64,000 nucleotides of DNA. Source: Narcine bancroftii. Taxonomy: Eukaryota. Below the pieces are notes generated by a model. The model worked only from the letters and a program-made list of their open reading frames with translations, made no database searches and was not told the origin of the DNA. Positions within the stretch are counted from its first letter, which is position 1. Every line of letters starts with the position of its first letter. Positions 11,586 to 23,602 of this stretch are shown here, piece after piece. The stretch spans positions 190,340,001-190,404,000 of the forward strand of contig NC_091470.1 in the NCBI RefSeq assembly GCF_036971445.1. The letters are read 5' to 3'. The translations under genes were made by a program, and so were the position numbers.

Positions 11586-12918
11586 CCCTCTCCCTCCACT
11601 GACAGAGTGCCCGATGACGAGGGTAGGTGCACCCCGGCTGATTCAGCTGGACTCACGGACGGCGGGTGACTGGTCAGTGGATGAAGCGAGTGATATCCGA
11701 GAAGAGGCATTGAGAACAAACGACGGGAGGACTTTAAGGAAGCGCGCTAGGAATAGCTACTGGATCCCGATAAGAGGAATTTTACTTACCTGTTAGTATG
11801 GGAGGTGTGAGTGGCAAGGGAAATAGTCCTAAAGAAGGACGGGACAATCAGATAACTAAGCAAAGTCCGTTAGGATTAATGCTATCTGATTGGGCTGCGG
11901 GGAAAACCCGTGGGAAAGACAAACAGACCATGGTCAGGTATTGCTGTCTGGAATGGGTTAAAAAACCCGATAAAAGGGAATTCGGTATATTGGCCAAAGT
12001 TCGGATCCGATGAGGACTGGATGTGTCAGGCATTGAACATCTGGCTCTATCAAAATCAAAGAAATAATATTGAGAGCAGAGAATATGCAGCCTAGCCTGC
12101 TGGCTCAGTGGATCGGTTGATCAACTGGTTTTGAATGAAAAGGAATGTAAGGACAAGAAGGATGAGGAACCTTTTGTCCCTGAAACACAAGGATGGGATG
12201 TGTTACATTCCCTTCCTCCACCTTATGCTCCTCCTATGCCAGCTCCTATTTTTCCCCTCTCTCCTATGCTCTATCCTTCTTCACCTTCCCCTCCTCCCCC
12301 ACAGCTAAAGAAAGGAGTAGGGGTGGTATGATGACCTGTTCACAAAGTACTAGATTACCACCTCAATTGACAAGAGAGGGAGGAGACTTTGATTCAAAAC
12401 AAGTGTGAGACCCTCCGGGAGGGAAGGGCAGAACCCTTTGATTCATTTCCCGGAGAGCAGGAATTTAGACATTATAAAGGAGAGGATAAGCCAGAAATTA
12501 ACTGGATGAGACCTTTATGGGAAGTTCCCATGGGAGGGGGTCTCGGTTTCGTAAATGTGCCCCTGACTAGTACGGAGGTGCGTAATTTTAAGAGAGAATG
12601 CCCAATAAACAGAAAGGAAAGGCTAAGATTTTGATGCAGGCAGTCAAGGAAGTCGTGGAGGGACAGCAAGGAAAGGGTAGGGACTGTGTGCCAGCTCCTG
12701 GACATTAGGATGAGCTCCGGGAGTGGGAGAGTATATACCAGAGGAGGGGCAAGGGTAGAGGGGAATTCCAGGGACGACGACCGTTCCCGGGACCTCATGG
12801 TAATCCTGGTAGGAATTGGGAAACAGGAGCATTAGTTTGCTACCATTGTAAAAAGGAGGGACATTTTAAGAGAGAATGCCCAATGTGATCCAGGGAGACA
12901 CGATCTTACGCACTGATG

Positions 12919-13814
12919 TGTTGGAATATAGGGGTTAAGTAATCATAGAAAATATGTTGAATATATGCTTATGTACTATTCAGTTTGTATACATGAATCC
13001 AGTACTATGTAACAATTTAATATTTACCTCATGGTGAAGGGAAAGAGTAATGTAAGTAAGGGGCAGCCACAGTATGTAGCAAAGTTGGCTGATTACAGTA
13101 GGTTTAGAATTGCCTGCTCCCAAAATACAAGAGAGGATATGTATGAAACAATTTAGTAGGAATGTTAAGGCAAAAGGAGGTGTTGATTAGCACAAACAAA
13201 AAGAATCCTGACAGAGACTGTCAGAAACAAAGAGAATGGAATCAGTAAGAAGGCTATAAGACAGAAGGAGGTGTTGAGTAGAACAGAAGAATATGGCCAG
13301 ATGAGAACAAAGAAATAATTAGAAATATCTGGGGTATGAATTGATTTCTGATCAAAACAACAGGATATTGTGAACTTGAGGATTAAGATGGGAGCTCTTC
13401 ACACCAGATAACTGCAGAGCAGGAAATTACTCGTTATAAATCTTATGCAAGAAATCTAGCAAAGAAACCCAACTTTTGTTCTGTATGATAATGAAATCTA
13501 GCAAAGGAAGCCAACTTTTGTTCTGTATGATAATGAAATCTAGCAAAGGAAGCCAACTTTTGTTCTGTATGATAAGGTTGAGCTATATAAATTGTAGAGA
13601 CTGGACAATAGAGGTCAGTCTTGGGGAATATCTCACTGTGCAGGTGACCTATGAACTAACGACTGAACCAGAGCTCTATTAAGCTTTATTCTTGTGCTTG
13701 TAATAAACTGATTGTTGAACCGAATACCTTCTCCTATCACTTCATTTAACGAACACGCTGGACTCAGACGACACATAGACTAAATTAAGGGTAGGGTAAA
13801 GCCAGAGTCCGACA
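12919..13814 (+). mobile_element. Solo LTR of ERV family B with 4-bp TSD
   Basis: TGTTGG...CCGACA; TSD GATG (12915-12918 / 13815-13818); TATA ~13584, AATAAA ~13702; homologous to LTR 55504-56170. Confidence 0.92.
13451..13574 (+). repeat. Three 42-bp tandem repeats in LTR-B U3
   Basis: GAAATCTAGCAAAGGAAGCCAACTTTTGTTCTGTATGATAAT starting at 13451, 13493 and 13535. Confidence 0.9.
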
Positions 13815-13836
13815 GATGGAAGCAGATTATGAATAG

Positions 13837-14829
13837 GTTGGGGAGGGGGGGGGTCACGGTTCTCAGTCAATACACACCGTGGGGCTGCACGGAGAACCAT
13901 TGATAAATTTAAGCATAGGACCCCACAGTGACAAGATGACCTTTTTAGTAGATTCTGGGGCAGCCCGGACTAGTATTTTACAACCACCCGAGGATGTTAA
14001 GATAGAGGGGACAGTGATGATTTCGGAAGTAGGAGGAAGAGATTTTATGGTCCCTGTATTAAGGGATGTAAGAATACAAATGGGAGAGAAGATAGTAACG
14101 GAGGACATTCTACTAGTTCCCCAAGCTGGAGTTTGTTTGTTAGGACGAGATTTACAGGACCAATTGGCTATCGGCACCAGACCACAGGAATCAGGTATCG
14201 GGGTTCAATTGTATGTATTAACTGAGGAGGATCGGGAACTAATAAATCCTGGAGTATGGGCAAAAAGAGGCAATAGAGGAGTGTTAGATATTCCTCCCCT
14301 GCAAGTTACTTTAAAAGATCCTGAGCAAGTAATTAGACGAAAGCAGTATCCAATTCCGATGGCTGGCCGAAAGGGGCTGCAGCCAGTAATTGACTAGTTG
14401 GTGAAAGATGGTATACTCGAACCTTGTATGTCAGCTTTTAATACCCTTACCCTTGAAGCGAACAACCAGTACATATCCAAATATTTAAAGGGACTTTCTG
14501 CCTCTCTATACGAATTAAAACGGAAGGGTTTATTAGCTCAAAACCCACCCCTGGAGTATCCTATTCATTCTATTAAATCTGGTGATTGGGTATATGTAAA
14601 AGCATGGCAAGATCACCAACTAAAACCTGTCTGGGATGGCCCCTATTGTGTACTTTTGATTATAGACACTGCAGTGCGAACGAAAGAAAAGGGGTGGACT
14701 CACATAGAACGAATTAAACAAGCTGCAGATCCACGGACTAACGACATTGATAATCTACCCTCCACCTGGCGTGCAGTCCTTCATCCTTCTGATCTGAAAG
14801 TTATACGAGGCCGGGAAAAAGTGCTGTAA
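13837..14829 (+). pseudogene. pol: ERV-A pro plus internally deleted pol (RT N-terminus fused to IN C-terminus)
   Basis: FLVDSGA and LLGRD protease motifs; RKQYPI...ILEPCMSAFNT joined in frame at ~14445 to GDWVYVK...WDGPY. Confidence 0.88.
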
Positions 14830-15961
14830 TGTTGTTTTTACCATTTGCTGTTTTGTTTACTTGTTATTTCCCAATTTTTGGGAAATCACCAAATTGCTCA
14901 CAATGTATTAAGTCCTCCTGGAATAGGGGCAGCAGAGGTGACAATTATTTACCTTTAGAATGCAGACAGGGCCAGGGCGCAGGTATAGAGTATAGTCATA
15001 GTGGGGTACTTTATTTAGTATGGGTTAATATAGGATCCCAACATGGACCAGGGGAACAGAATGCCCCTAGGGGAGTAGAATTGGTTTGTATTCCGGCCTC
15101 TACAGATATTAAAAAGAGGAGTTTTAAAGAGATAGCACAAAGAAAATGGTGGGACAATGACAGACAGAATGTTAGTCAGGATTGTACATGTAGCAGAGAT
15201 AGAGTGAATACATATGCTAATGTCACAGACAGGCTGCAACTCACAGGTTCAGTGATACTTATGCTAATGTTCGCAGACAAGCTGTAACTCACAGGTTAAG
15301 TGACAAGAAACACCCCTCCCCAACTTGGTCTCCTGTAAATCATCCTTTGGGTCACACAGACATTCGGAATGTTAAGAACCACCACTGTAAGGGGAGTTCC
15401 AGTTGTAAACGACGTAAGCTGCTCCAGAACACCACAGCTGCTTGGCATTTAAATCATTTAATCAGACTCCAGGCAGCCTTGGAGATCATCACCGAACAGA
15501 CAGTGATGGCCCTGAATTTTTGGGCTGAAGAAAGACGACAGATACAAGCCACAGTTCAACAAAACCGCCTGGCTCTCGATTACTCGTTGGATGCTGAAGG
15601 CAGCGTTTGTGAAAGACTGGTTAATGACAATGATCACAAAGGTCAGGCGGATAAAGACACTTCTTCAGGAGTTCGAAAATCTTCCCATGCCCAGGTTCAG
15701 ACTCGGCAACCTTGGACCAGTGTGGAATGGACTAGACTTTTTATTGGTAACTGGAGTCTGATACCCACAGCCCTTATAGCAGCTGAACTCGGTATTCTGG
15801 CCATTATGGTGCTCCCCTGCCTAAAGACGTGTGTGCAGTATTTAATTCAACGGACCCCTCATCAGAACCAAAGGATGTATGTTTCCCAAATTCTGTCTGA
15901 TGATGCTGAGACTGCAGTTCGTTTACTGACTCGCTGGGAAAAAGACCAAGTTTACAAGTAA
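14829..15961 (+). pseudogene. env: ERV-A env relic (ERV3-type, multiply deleted)
   Basis: Signal peptide; LNHLIRLQAALEIIT; QQNRLALDY immunosuppressive domain; hydrophobic anchor. Confidence 0.85.
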
Positions 15962-16536
15962 TACATTACAGTTGAGAATTCACGAAGCCTAGCTATAAGA
16001 AAAGTGAGGATTGTGAGAGATGAGTAAAACTAATATGAAAGATGAAGAAAACTAGTATAGATATATGTGTAATGAATAAAGCCAGTATGAATAAGATAAG
16101 GATAGATAATAGATAATAGAATGTAGGAAGTAAAGTTAGTCTGAATAAGATGTCTTCTAGCCTTTTAGACAGAATTAGCAAGTTCTGCATATAAGAAGTT
16201 AGTAATGAGAGTCAGGAAGGTGTGAATAAGGACAATAAAGGACAATGACATGATGGGACAAACACAGGATTCCCCCTGGTCCTCCAAGTTCACAGAAACA
16301 GCACGTAGGCAGACAGGATTGCCTAATGCCACACTCATCCAGGAGGCAGAAGAATGTAAGGGGGAGGGTACTTCTATATTGAAATAAACTGTATAAAAGT
16401 TGGTTGAGCCCCAGTGTATGTGTGTATTCCCAGGGTAAGGGGAAGCACCCAACTTTGCATTGTTGTTATAATAAATGTTCTTTGTTCTCAATTTTTGTCT
16501 CAAGCAAATTTTGTGAAGGTACTTCTGTTTCTCACA

Positions 16537-17318
16537 AAGTCTGAACCTGGGCATGGGAAGATTTTCGAACTCCTGAAGAAGTGTCTTTAACCGCCTGACC
16601 GTTGTGAGCATTGTCATTAACCAGTCTTTCACAAACGCTGCCTTCAGCAGCCAACGAGAGCCAGGCGGTTTTGTTGAACTGTGGATCGTATCTGTTGTCT
16701 TTCTTCAGCCCATAAATTCAGGGCAATAGCTGTCTGTTCGGTGATGATCTCCAAGGCTGCCTGGAGTCTGATTAAATGATTTAAATGCCAAGCAGCTGTG
16801 GTGTTCTGGAGCAGCTTTTCAACTGGAACTGCAACTGGAACATTCCGAATGTCTGTGTGACCCAAAGGATGATTTACAGGAGACCAAGTTGGGGAGGGGG
16901 GTTTCTTGTCACTTAACCTGTGAGTTGCAGCCTGTCTGTGAACATTAGCATATGTATTCACTCTATCTCTGCTACATGTACAATCCTGACTAACATTCTG
17001 TCTGTCATTGTCCCACCATTTTCTTTGTGCTATCTCTTTAAAACTCCTCTTTTTAATATCTGTAGAGGCCGAAATACAAATCAAATCTTCTCCCCTAGGG
17101 CCGTTCTGTTCCCCTGGTCCATGTTGGGATCCTATATTAACCCATACCCCACTATGACTATACTCTATATCTGCACCCGGTCTGCATTCTAAAGTTAAAT
17201 AATTGTCACCTCTGCTGCCCCTGTTCCAGGAGGACTTAATACATCGTGAGCAATTTGGTGATTTCCCAAAAATTGGGAACCAACAAGTGAACATAACAAC
17301 AAATCGTAAAAACAGCAT
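16537..17318 (-). pseudogene. env: ERV-A env relic, outer copy (continues at 11069-10775)
   Basis: 224-aa ORF 16644-17318 closely similar to the inner copy's env. Confidence 0.85.
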
Positions 17319-17675
17319 TACAGCACTTTTTCCCGGTGTAGTGTAACTTTTAGATCCGAAGGATGAGGGACTGCACGCCAGGTGGAGGGTAGATTATCAA
17401 TGTCTTTAGTCCATGGATCAGCAGCTTGTTTAATTCGTTCTATGTGAGTCCACCCCTTTTCTTTCGTTCGCACTGCAGTGTCTGTAATCAAAAGTACACA
17501 ATAGGGGCCGTCCCAGACAGGTTTTAGTTGGTGATCTTGCCATGCTTTTACATATACCCAATCACCAGGTTTAATAGAATGAATAGGATACTCCAGGGGT
17601 GGGTTTTGAACTAATAAACCCTTCTGTCTTAATTAATTACCAATGTATTCCCAGGATTTATTAGTTCACGATCCT

Positions 17676-18797
17676 GTTTACTTGGTGAAATGCTAATTAA
17701 AAGTGAATAGCTGCAATTTAATGCCTTATCTGTTTTTACAATAGTTTCCAAAATCGTTGTGGGGCAAGACACCGTTTACCATAACAATCTGACATTTCTT
17801 TGTGTTAGTGTAAATGTTATATTTAGAATTATTGTAAAAAGAAACACAAACCATATTTCCATGGGTTTTGAATATATGAGACCTTATTAAAATGCAGTTG
17901 AAGCTGCTTGTCTGTATGGGGCAACCAACCTGCAATTTGTTAGAGTGAGTACATAACAGACATTGCAGCACTCAAGCATGTTTGAGCCTCCCTGAACTCT
18001 ATTAGCGAACCCGTATTTGACCTTCACAACTGCAGTACTATTAACCCAGCAGTCTTTTAGACACCACTTCCAGATGAATTTGAAAAACGAGATCATGATT
18101 ATTTACAATGTAACTTCCGCACGACCAGATTTAAATATAAACCTGATGAATGGGGGAAGTTATCACAAACTAAATTACAGCGGCAATACAGAGAAATTGT
18201 GCTGAGGCATGAATTTCACTCCGGAGGAAAATGCACCAGAGAAATCAATCATTAAACTTATTGGCTTCCCCAGAGGTTTCTTTATTCTCCAAAGGTGGGC
18301 GATCTTTAAGCTCACGGACCTTGACTGCTGAATGTGTAGAAGAAATGTACTAAATCTATTGAGAGGGCTCCATACCGCTAACTGCAAGACAGGAGCCTGA
18401 AGCCTCAGTTTCAAGTGAACAGAATACAATTCATTAGTGCCACACGTGCTTAAAGGGACATGCACACTCCCCCTTCAACTGGTTGATCCAGCCACTTTAC
18501 ACATCGGATCCTTTCTTTATCTTACATACACTTAAAAAAAGTAAGACGTATAGAACTCACCCTACTTGCGCAAACATTTCTCCCTGCAAATGTTATAACA
18601 TCGCTCAACTCTCACGTACTCCCTGTGCAAAATCACGTTTGAATACAATTTATTTCATAAAATGAAATTAACTGGTAGTTAAATTCGCTCATTCTAGAGT
18701 ATTGATAAACGATCATTTATGACATTTACATTTTAGCATGAATTTTAATTAATATTGGTCAGTGACTGAAGTGAGAAGTCGTGATTTATGAAATTAT
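17676..18797. other. Non-retroviral ~1.1-kb insert replacing the gag 3' end and protease of the outer ERV-A
   Basis: Flanks are collinear with inner-copy positions ~12743 and ~14228; no TSD, TIR, poly(A) or recognisable ORF. Confidence 0.6.
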
Positions 18798-19947
18798 CTC
18801 TGGTCTCTACTCTCCCACTCCCAGCACTTCTCCCAACATCCAGAAGCTGGCACACAGTCCCTAACATTTCCCTGCTGTCCCTCCACAACTTCCTTGACTA
18901 CCTGCATCAAAATCTTAGCCTTTCCTTTCTGTTTATCCTCAGAACTCTGGACATATACCCTTTGTGCGATCTGCAAAAGCTGTGTTATTCCCTGTTCATG
19001 CCAATTCTCAGTCTTCTGCAATTTTCTCCTGATGTCTGGGGCTGAATTAGTAATGAAGCCCGTTAATACCCATGTATATATATTTGGTCCCAAAAATTGA
19101 TCTAATTGTTTGGAACATCCCTAGGATCCTCTATCAGGGAGGTCATTTCTCTCTTAAAGTTATGCACCTCCGTAATAGTCAGGGGCACATTTTCGAAACC
19201 GAGACCCCCTCCCACGGGAACTTCCCGTAAAGGTCTCATCCAGTTAATTTCTGGCTTATCCTCTCCTTTATAGTGTCTAGGTTCCTGTTCTCCGGGAAAT
19301 GAATCAAAGGGTTCTGCCCTTCCCTCCCGGAGGGTCTCACACTGTTCTGAATCAAAGTCTCCTCCCTCTCTTGTCAATTGAGGTGGTAACCTAGTACTTT
19401 GTGAACAGGTCATCATACCACCCCTACTTTCTTCTCCTTTCTTTAGCTGTGGGGGAGGAGGGGAAGGTGAAGAAGGGTAAAGCATAGGAGAGAGGGGAAA
19501 GATAGGAGCCGGCATAGGAGGAGCATAAGGTGGAGGAAGAGAATGTAACACATCACATCCTTGTGTTTCAGGGACAAAAGGTTCCTCATCCTTCTTGTCC
19601 TTACATTCCTTTTCATTCAAAACCAGTTGATCAACCGATCCACTGAGCCAGCAGGCTGCATATTCTCTGCTCTCAATATTTTCTCTTTGATTTTGATAGA
19701 GCCAGATGTTCAATGCCTGACACATCCAGTCCTCATCGGATCCGAACTTTGGCCAATATACCGAATTCCCTTTTATCGGGTTTTTAACCCATTCCAGACA
19801 GCAATACCTGACCATGGTCTGTTTGTCTTTCCCACGGGTATTCCCCGCAGCCCAATCAGATAGCATTAATCCTAACGGACTTTGCTTAGTTATCTGATTG
19901 TCCCGTCCTTCTTTAGGACTATTTCCCTTGCCACTCACACCTCCCAT
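18798..19947 (-). pseudogene. gag: ERV-A gag, outer copy
   Basis: 281-aa ORF 19102-19947 (matrix, PPPY, capsid start), then a frameshifted capsid remnant. Confidence 0.85.
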
Positions 19948-20679
19948 ACTAACAGGTAAGTAAAATTCCTCTTATCGGGATCCAGTAGCTATTCCTAGCA
20001 TGCTTCCTTAACGTCCTCCTGTTGTTTGTTCTCAATGCCTCTTCTCGGATATCACTCGCTTCATCCACTGACAAGTCACCCGCCGTCCGTGAGTCCAGCT
20101 GAATCAGCCGGGGTGCACCTACCCTCGTCGTCGGGCACTCTGTCAGTGGAGGGAGTGGGATCCCGGACGAGCCCCCATTTGTGAGAAACAGAAGTACCTT
20201 CACAGAATTTGCTCGAGACAAAAATTGAGAACAAAGAACATTTATTATACAACAATGCAAAGTTGGGTGTTTCCCCTTGCCCTGGGAATACACACATACA
20301 CTGGGGCTCACCCAACTTTTATACAGTTCATTTCAGTGTAGAGGTACCCTCCCCCCCTAACATTCTTCTGCCTCCTGGATAAGTTTGGCATTAGGCAATC
20401 CTGTCTGCCTACGTGCTGTTTCTGTGAACTTGGAGGACCAGGGGGTATCCTGTCGGTGTCCCATCATGTCATTGTCCTTATTCACACCTTCCTGACTCTC
20501 AGGGCTGTAACCTTATATGCAGAACTTGCTAATTCTGTCTAAGGCTAGAAGACCCTTATCTTATTCAAACTAACTTTACTTCCTACATTCTATTATCTAT
20601 TATCTATCCTTAATCCTACTCATACTGGCGAACTCAAAAAGGTAAGATGGGTTGTTTTCATTGGCCGGTGAAACTCGAG

Positions 20680-20935
20680 CCAAGGGATTCAGGGAAGTAG
20701 GTTTAGGGCAGAGATGAGGAGGAACTGCTTTTCCCAGAGGGTGGGGAATCTGTGGAATTTGCTGCTCTTTGAAGCAGAGGAGGTGACCTCAGTAAATACA
20801 TTGAAGATGAGATAGGATAAATTTTTATATAGTAGGGGGAATTAAGGGATATGGGTGGAGATGAGCCATGATCAGACATGATCTCATTTAATGGCGGAGC
20901 AGGCTAGATGGGGCCTCTCCTGCTCCTATTTCTTT
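20680..20935 (+). mobile_element. CR1 LINE 3' fragment
   Basis: EMRRNCFSQRVGNLWNLL motif. Confidence 0.7.
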
Positions 20936-20938
20936 TTG

Positions 20939-20977
<39 letters not shown>

Positions 20978-21020
20978 TTTATATATATATATATATATAT
21001 ATTTATGTGTGTATATATAT
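20939..21020. repeat. (TA)n/(CA)n microsatellite
   Basis: Directly visible. Confidence 0.95.
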
Positions 21021-21787
21021 TAAAGCAATAAGCAAGAAACACTCTGGCTGTTTAAAAACTCTGCAAGGGTTTTGACAGAGTCCACAGAAAGGTCACTCCT
21101 GGGTTTCATTTACCTAAAGACAACAGCTTGTCCAAGAAGACTAATTTGCTGGAGAAGGCCAGGGGTTTTGCAAGTGAGAGAGTCACATGATCTTTCTGGC
21201 AGTTGCAGAGACAGCTGAACAGAGCAAGCCAAGAAGCTTGTGGGAACTGAAACAGAAAGCTGTTTGATGTTTCTCTTGGAATAAGTGGAACAGAAAGGAA
21301 CTCTGTGATAGCTTGAAAGAAAGAGGTTCTCACCTGGAGAACCCTGATGGGGCAACTTTCAACTAACGGTGGTACCTCAGTTGTGGGCATCCTGGAACAA
21401 CAAATCTCTCTCTGCAAACCCTACGAGAACCTTCCTGAGCGGTAAACATTTACCTTTCAGGCACCAAAGCCTGGTGAACTTTATACATGTTAAATTCTGT
21501 GCACGGTATAAGAATTGCGTGCAACCAGAGAACTTGGAGGAATGGGAAGTGTGATTGAACTGTGAACTGTGAACCAAGTGAGATTGAACTGTAAATTTAC
21601 ACACACATTACATACACGTGTGCTTAGAATTAGAAGGGGGTTAAGTTGGGTTTAGTTACGTTAATAGAGATAAGTTAAAGTTTGATCCTGTTTTAAAGAT
21701 GATTAAAAACAACTTTTGTTTAAGTAACTACTTGTCTTGGTGAATGTCTATTGCTGCTGGGTTTTGGGGTCCTTTGGGCTCGTAACA
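21021..21787 (+). mobile_element. LTR, same family as 524-1161
   Basis: Long similarity to 524-1161; ends GGGCTCGTAACA; 5' boundary approximate. Confidence 0.7.
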
Positions 21788-22214
21788 GTTTCCGTGTGTC
21801 GGGCACTACCACAAAGACAAGCTGAGGGAATGATAGGCTTTAATACACAGAAGAACCTTGCTGGTCCGAATCCCAGGATAGGAATGGCGGCAAGGTAAAG
21901 GTGACTTGATCTTTATGGACCAGGTCCACGGGGGAGGAGTCATAGGGTTATGAGTTGTCCATGGGTGGGCCAGCTCCATATATATACAACCGACAATGAT
22001 AACTATATACAATGAAAGAAACATATCACCACAACGTATTAACGCTGTGTACAGTTTATTTTTTGCACTGCCAGTTAGTGGTAATTCTGCCACACCCGCA
22101 GGAAAAAGGAATCTCAGGGTTGTATGTACTCTGACAATAAATCTGAAAAATGGACTGTGGAATAAATGTCTGTGGCTACGTTTGCGGGTGATACAAAAGG
22201 CAGGTGGAGGAGCA

Positions 22215-23010
22215 GGTAGCGAGGAGGAACTGGAGAGGCTGCAGAGAGAATTGGATCGATTAGGAGATGGGGCAAAGACGTGGTAACTGAAATACAATGT
22301 TGGAAAGTGTTCAGTCATGCACTTTGTTGGGAGGGATAGAAGGGCAGGCTATTGTTTGGATGGGGAGAAAATTCAAAATTAGGAGGTGCAAGGTGACTTG
22401 GGAGTCAAAAGATTAACCTCCATGTTGAGTTGGTGGCAATTACAATTCCGGAGGACAGGATACAAGAGCAAGGATACAATGTTGTTGCTTTATAAGGCAC
22501 TTTTGAGGCCTCGCTTAGAAATCGGGGTTCAGTTTTAGGGACCTTATTAAAGAAAGGGTGTGCTGTCATTGGAAAGGGTTCAGAGCAGATTTGCAGGAAT
22601 GATTCCTGGAATTAAGGTATTAGCATATGAGGAATGTCTGATGGCTCTTGGGCTGTATTCCTTGGAGTTCAGAAGGATGAGAGAGGGGCCTCATAGAACC
22701 ATTTTGAATGTCAAAAGGCCTGGACAGAGTAGATGTGGCAAAGTTGTTTCCCTTGGAGGGGGTAGTCAGAGAGGGAGTCAGCATTGAAGGGTGCCCATTC
22801 AAAACAGAGATACGGAGGGATTTCTTCAGCCAGAGAGTAGTGAACCTCTGGAATTTGCTGGCATGCGCAGCTGTGGAGTCCAGATCATTAAGACAAGGAT
22901 TAATAGTAATCTGATTAGTCAGGGTTTCAAAGGTTATGGGGATGAGAATGGATCAGCTTATGATCCATTCCCTGTTGAATGCCCTGTTCTGCTCCGATAT
23001 CTTATGGCCT
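22215..23010 (+). mobile_element. CR1 LINE RT 3' region
   Basis: LERVQSRFAGMIPG, LGLYSLEFRRMR, FFSQRVVNLWN. Confidence 0.85.
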
Positions 23011-23126
23011 TATGGATACGTGCTGGAATTTAGAAGAATTTAGAGTGGATTTGATGAAAACTTTTTTTTCTCTAAAAAATAAACTTTATTCACAGTAACA
23101 TTATATACAAAAAATCCATGTTAGGT

Positions 23127-23602
23127 TCTGGTGATGCACCACTAGCCTACTGCAGTGGGCAATCTCTGTACCTGCAGGAAGTGTGGTGATCTGTAATTAC
23201 ACCACTAGGTCACCAGGGGGCATCCCGGTGACCTTGTATAGAATTCAGTCCAGAACCACAGTTTAGCCTTCCAGGTTTGTCTTGCAGAGAGACAAGACCT
23301 CGTAGTGTACATGTTAGTTTATTAAAGCTGTCTTATACCCGCACTGCTGGTGTGGTTATTGTCAGTACAGGAAGATCACTGGAGGACAGACCACACCTAG
23401 CCGGCTGTCAATCAGCCAACCTGAATAGACCTAACTGTACCCAGCCGGCTGTCAATCAACTGCCCAGGATAGAATCCCGAGCCAGTCACTCAGGAGTCAT
23501 TAGTATAGCTGCCGCTGTAGCAGAGACTTTTAACTGAATAAAATCTGTTGTACAGTCTTTCTCGAGTTTTGTATCTGCTTGCTGCTGCAGCCATGCATCA
23601 CA
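23127..23602 (+). mobile_element. Solo LTR (TSD TAGGT) containing a second solo LTR 23182-23369 (TSD GGAAG)
   Basis: Both 5-bp TSDs are perfect; inner element is TG...CA and recurs at 49811-49989. Confidence 0.85.

Larger units (their letters stand above)
11798..13836 (+). pseudogene. gag: ERV-A gag (frameshifted, capsid deleted, split by solo LTR-B)
   Basis: MGG start, WPKFGSDEDW, PPPY late domain, CYHCKKEGHFKREC zinc knuckle; TAG at 13834-13836 in frame with protease (amber read-through type). Confidence 0.85.
11070..16536 (+). mobile_element. Defective ERV family A, inner copy, nested in the env of the outer copy
   Basis: LTRs 11070-11565 and 16012-16536 (TGTGAG...TCACA), PBS, gag, pro, deleted pol, env, PPT. 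Confidence 0.92.
10243..20629 (-). mobile_element. Defective ERV family A, outer copy (gamma-like, PBS-Pro)
   Basis: 3' LTR 10243-10774; env tail 10775-11069; env 16537-17318; IN C-terminus ~17320-17630; gag 18798-19947; PBS 20160-20177; truncated 5' LTR 20180-20629. No RT/RNase H. Confidence 0.9.

Noticed and set aside
11434-11796. 120-codon ORF upstream of gag in both ERV-A copies (glyco-gag or accessory gene?)
   Set aside because: The GTG start lies just after the TATA box, before the likely transcription start; it is out of frame with gag, and the copies are not independent evidence.
18143-18208. Possible C/D-box snoRNA (TGATGA...CTGA) in the insert
   Set aside because: The C box lacks the leading purine, the terminal stem is minimal, and I could not recognise an rRNA guide; needs snoscan/Rfam.
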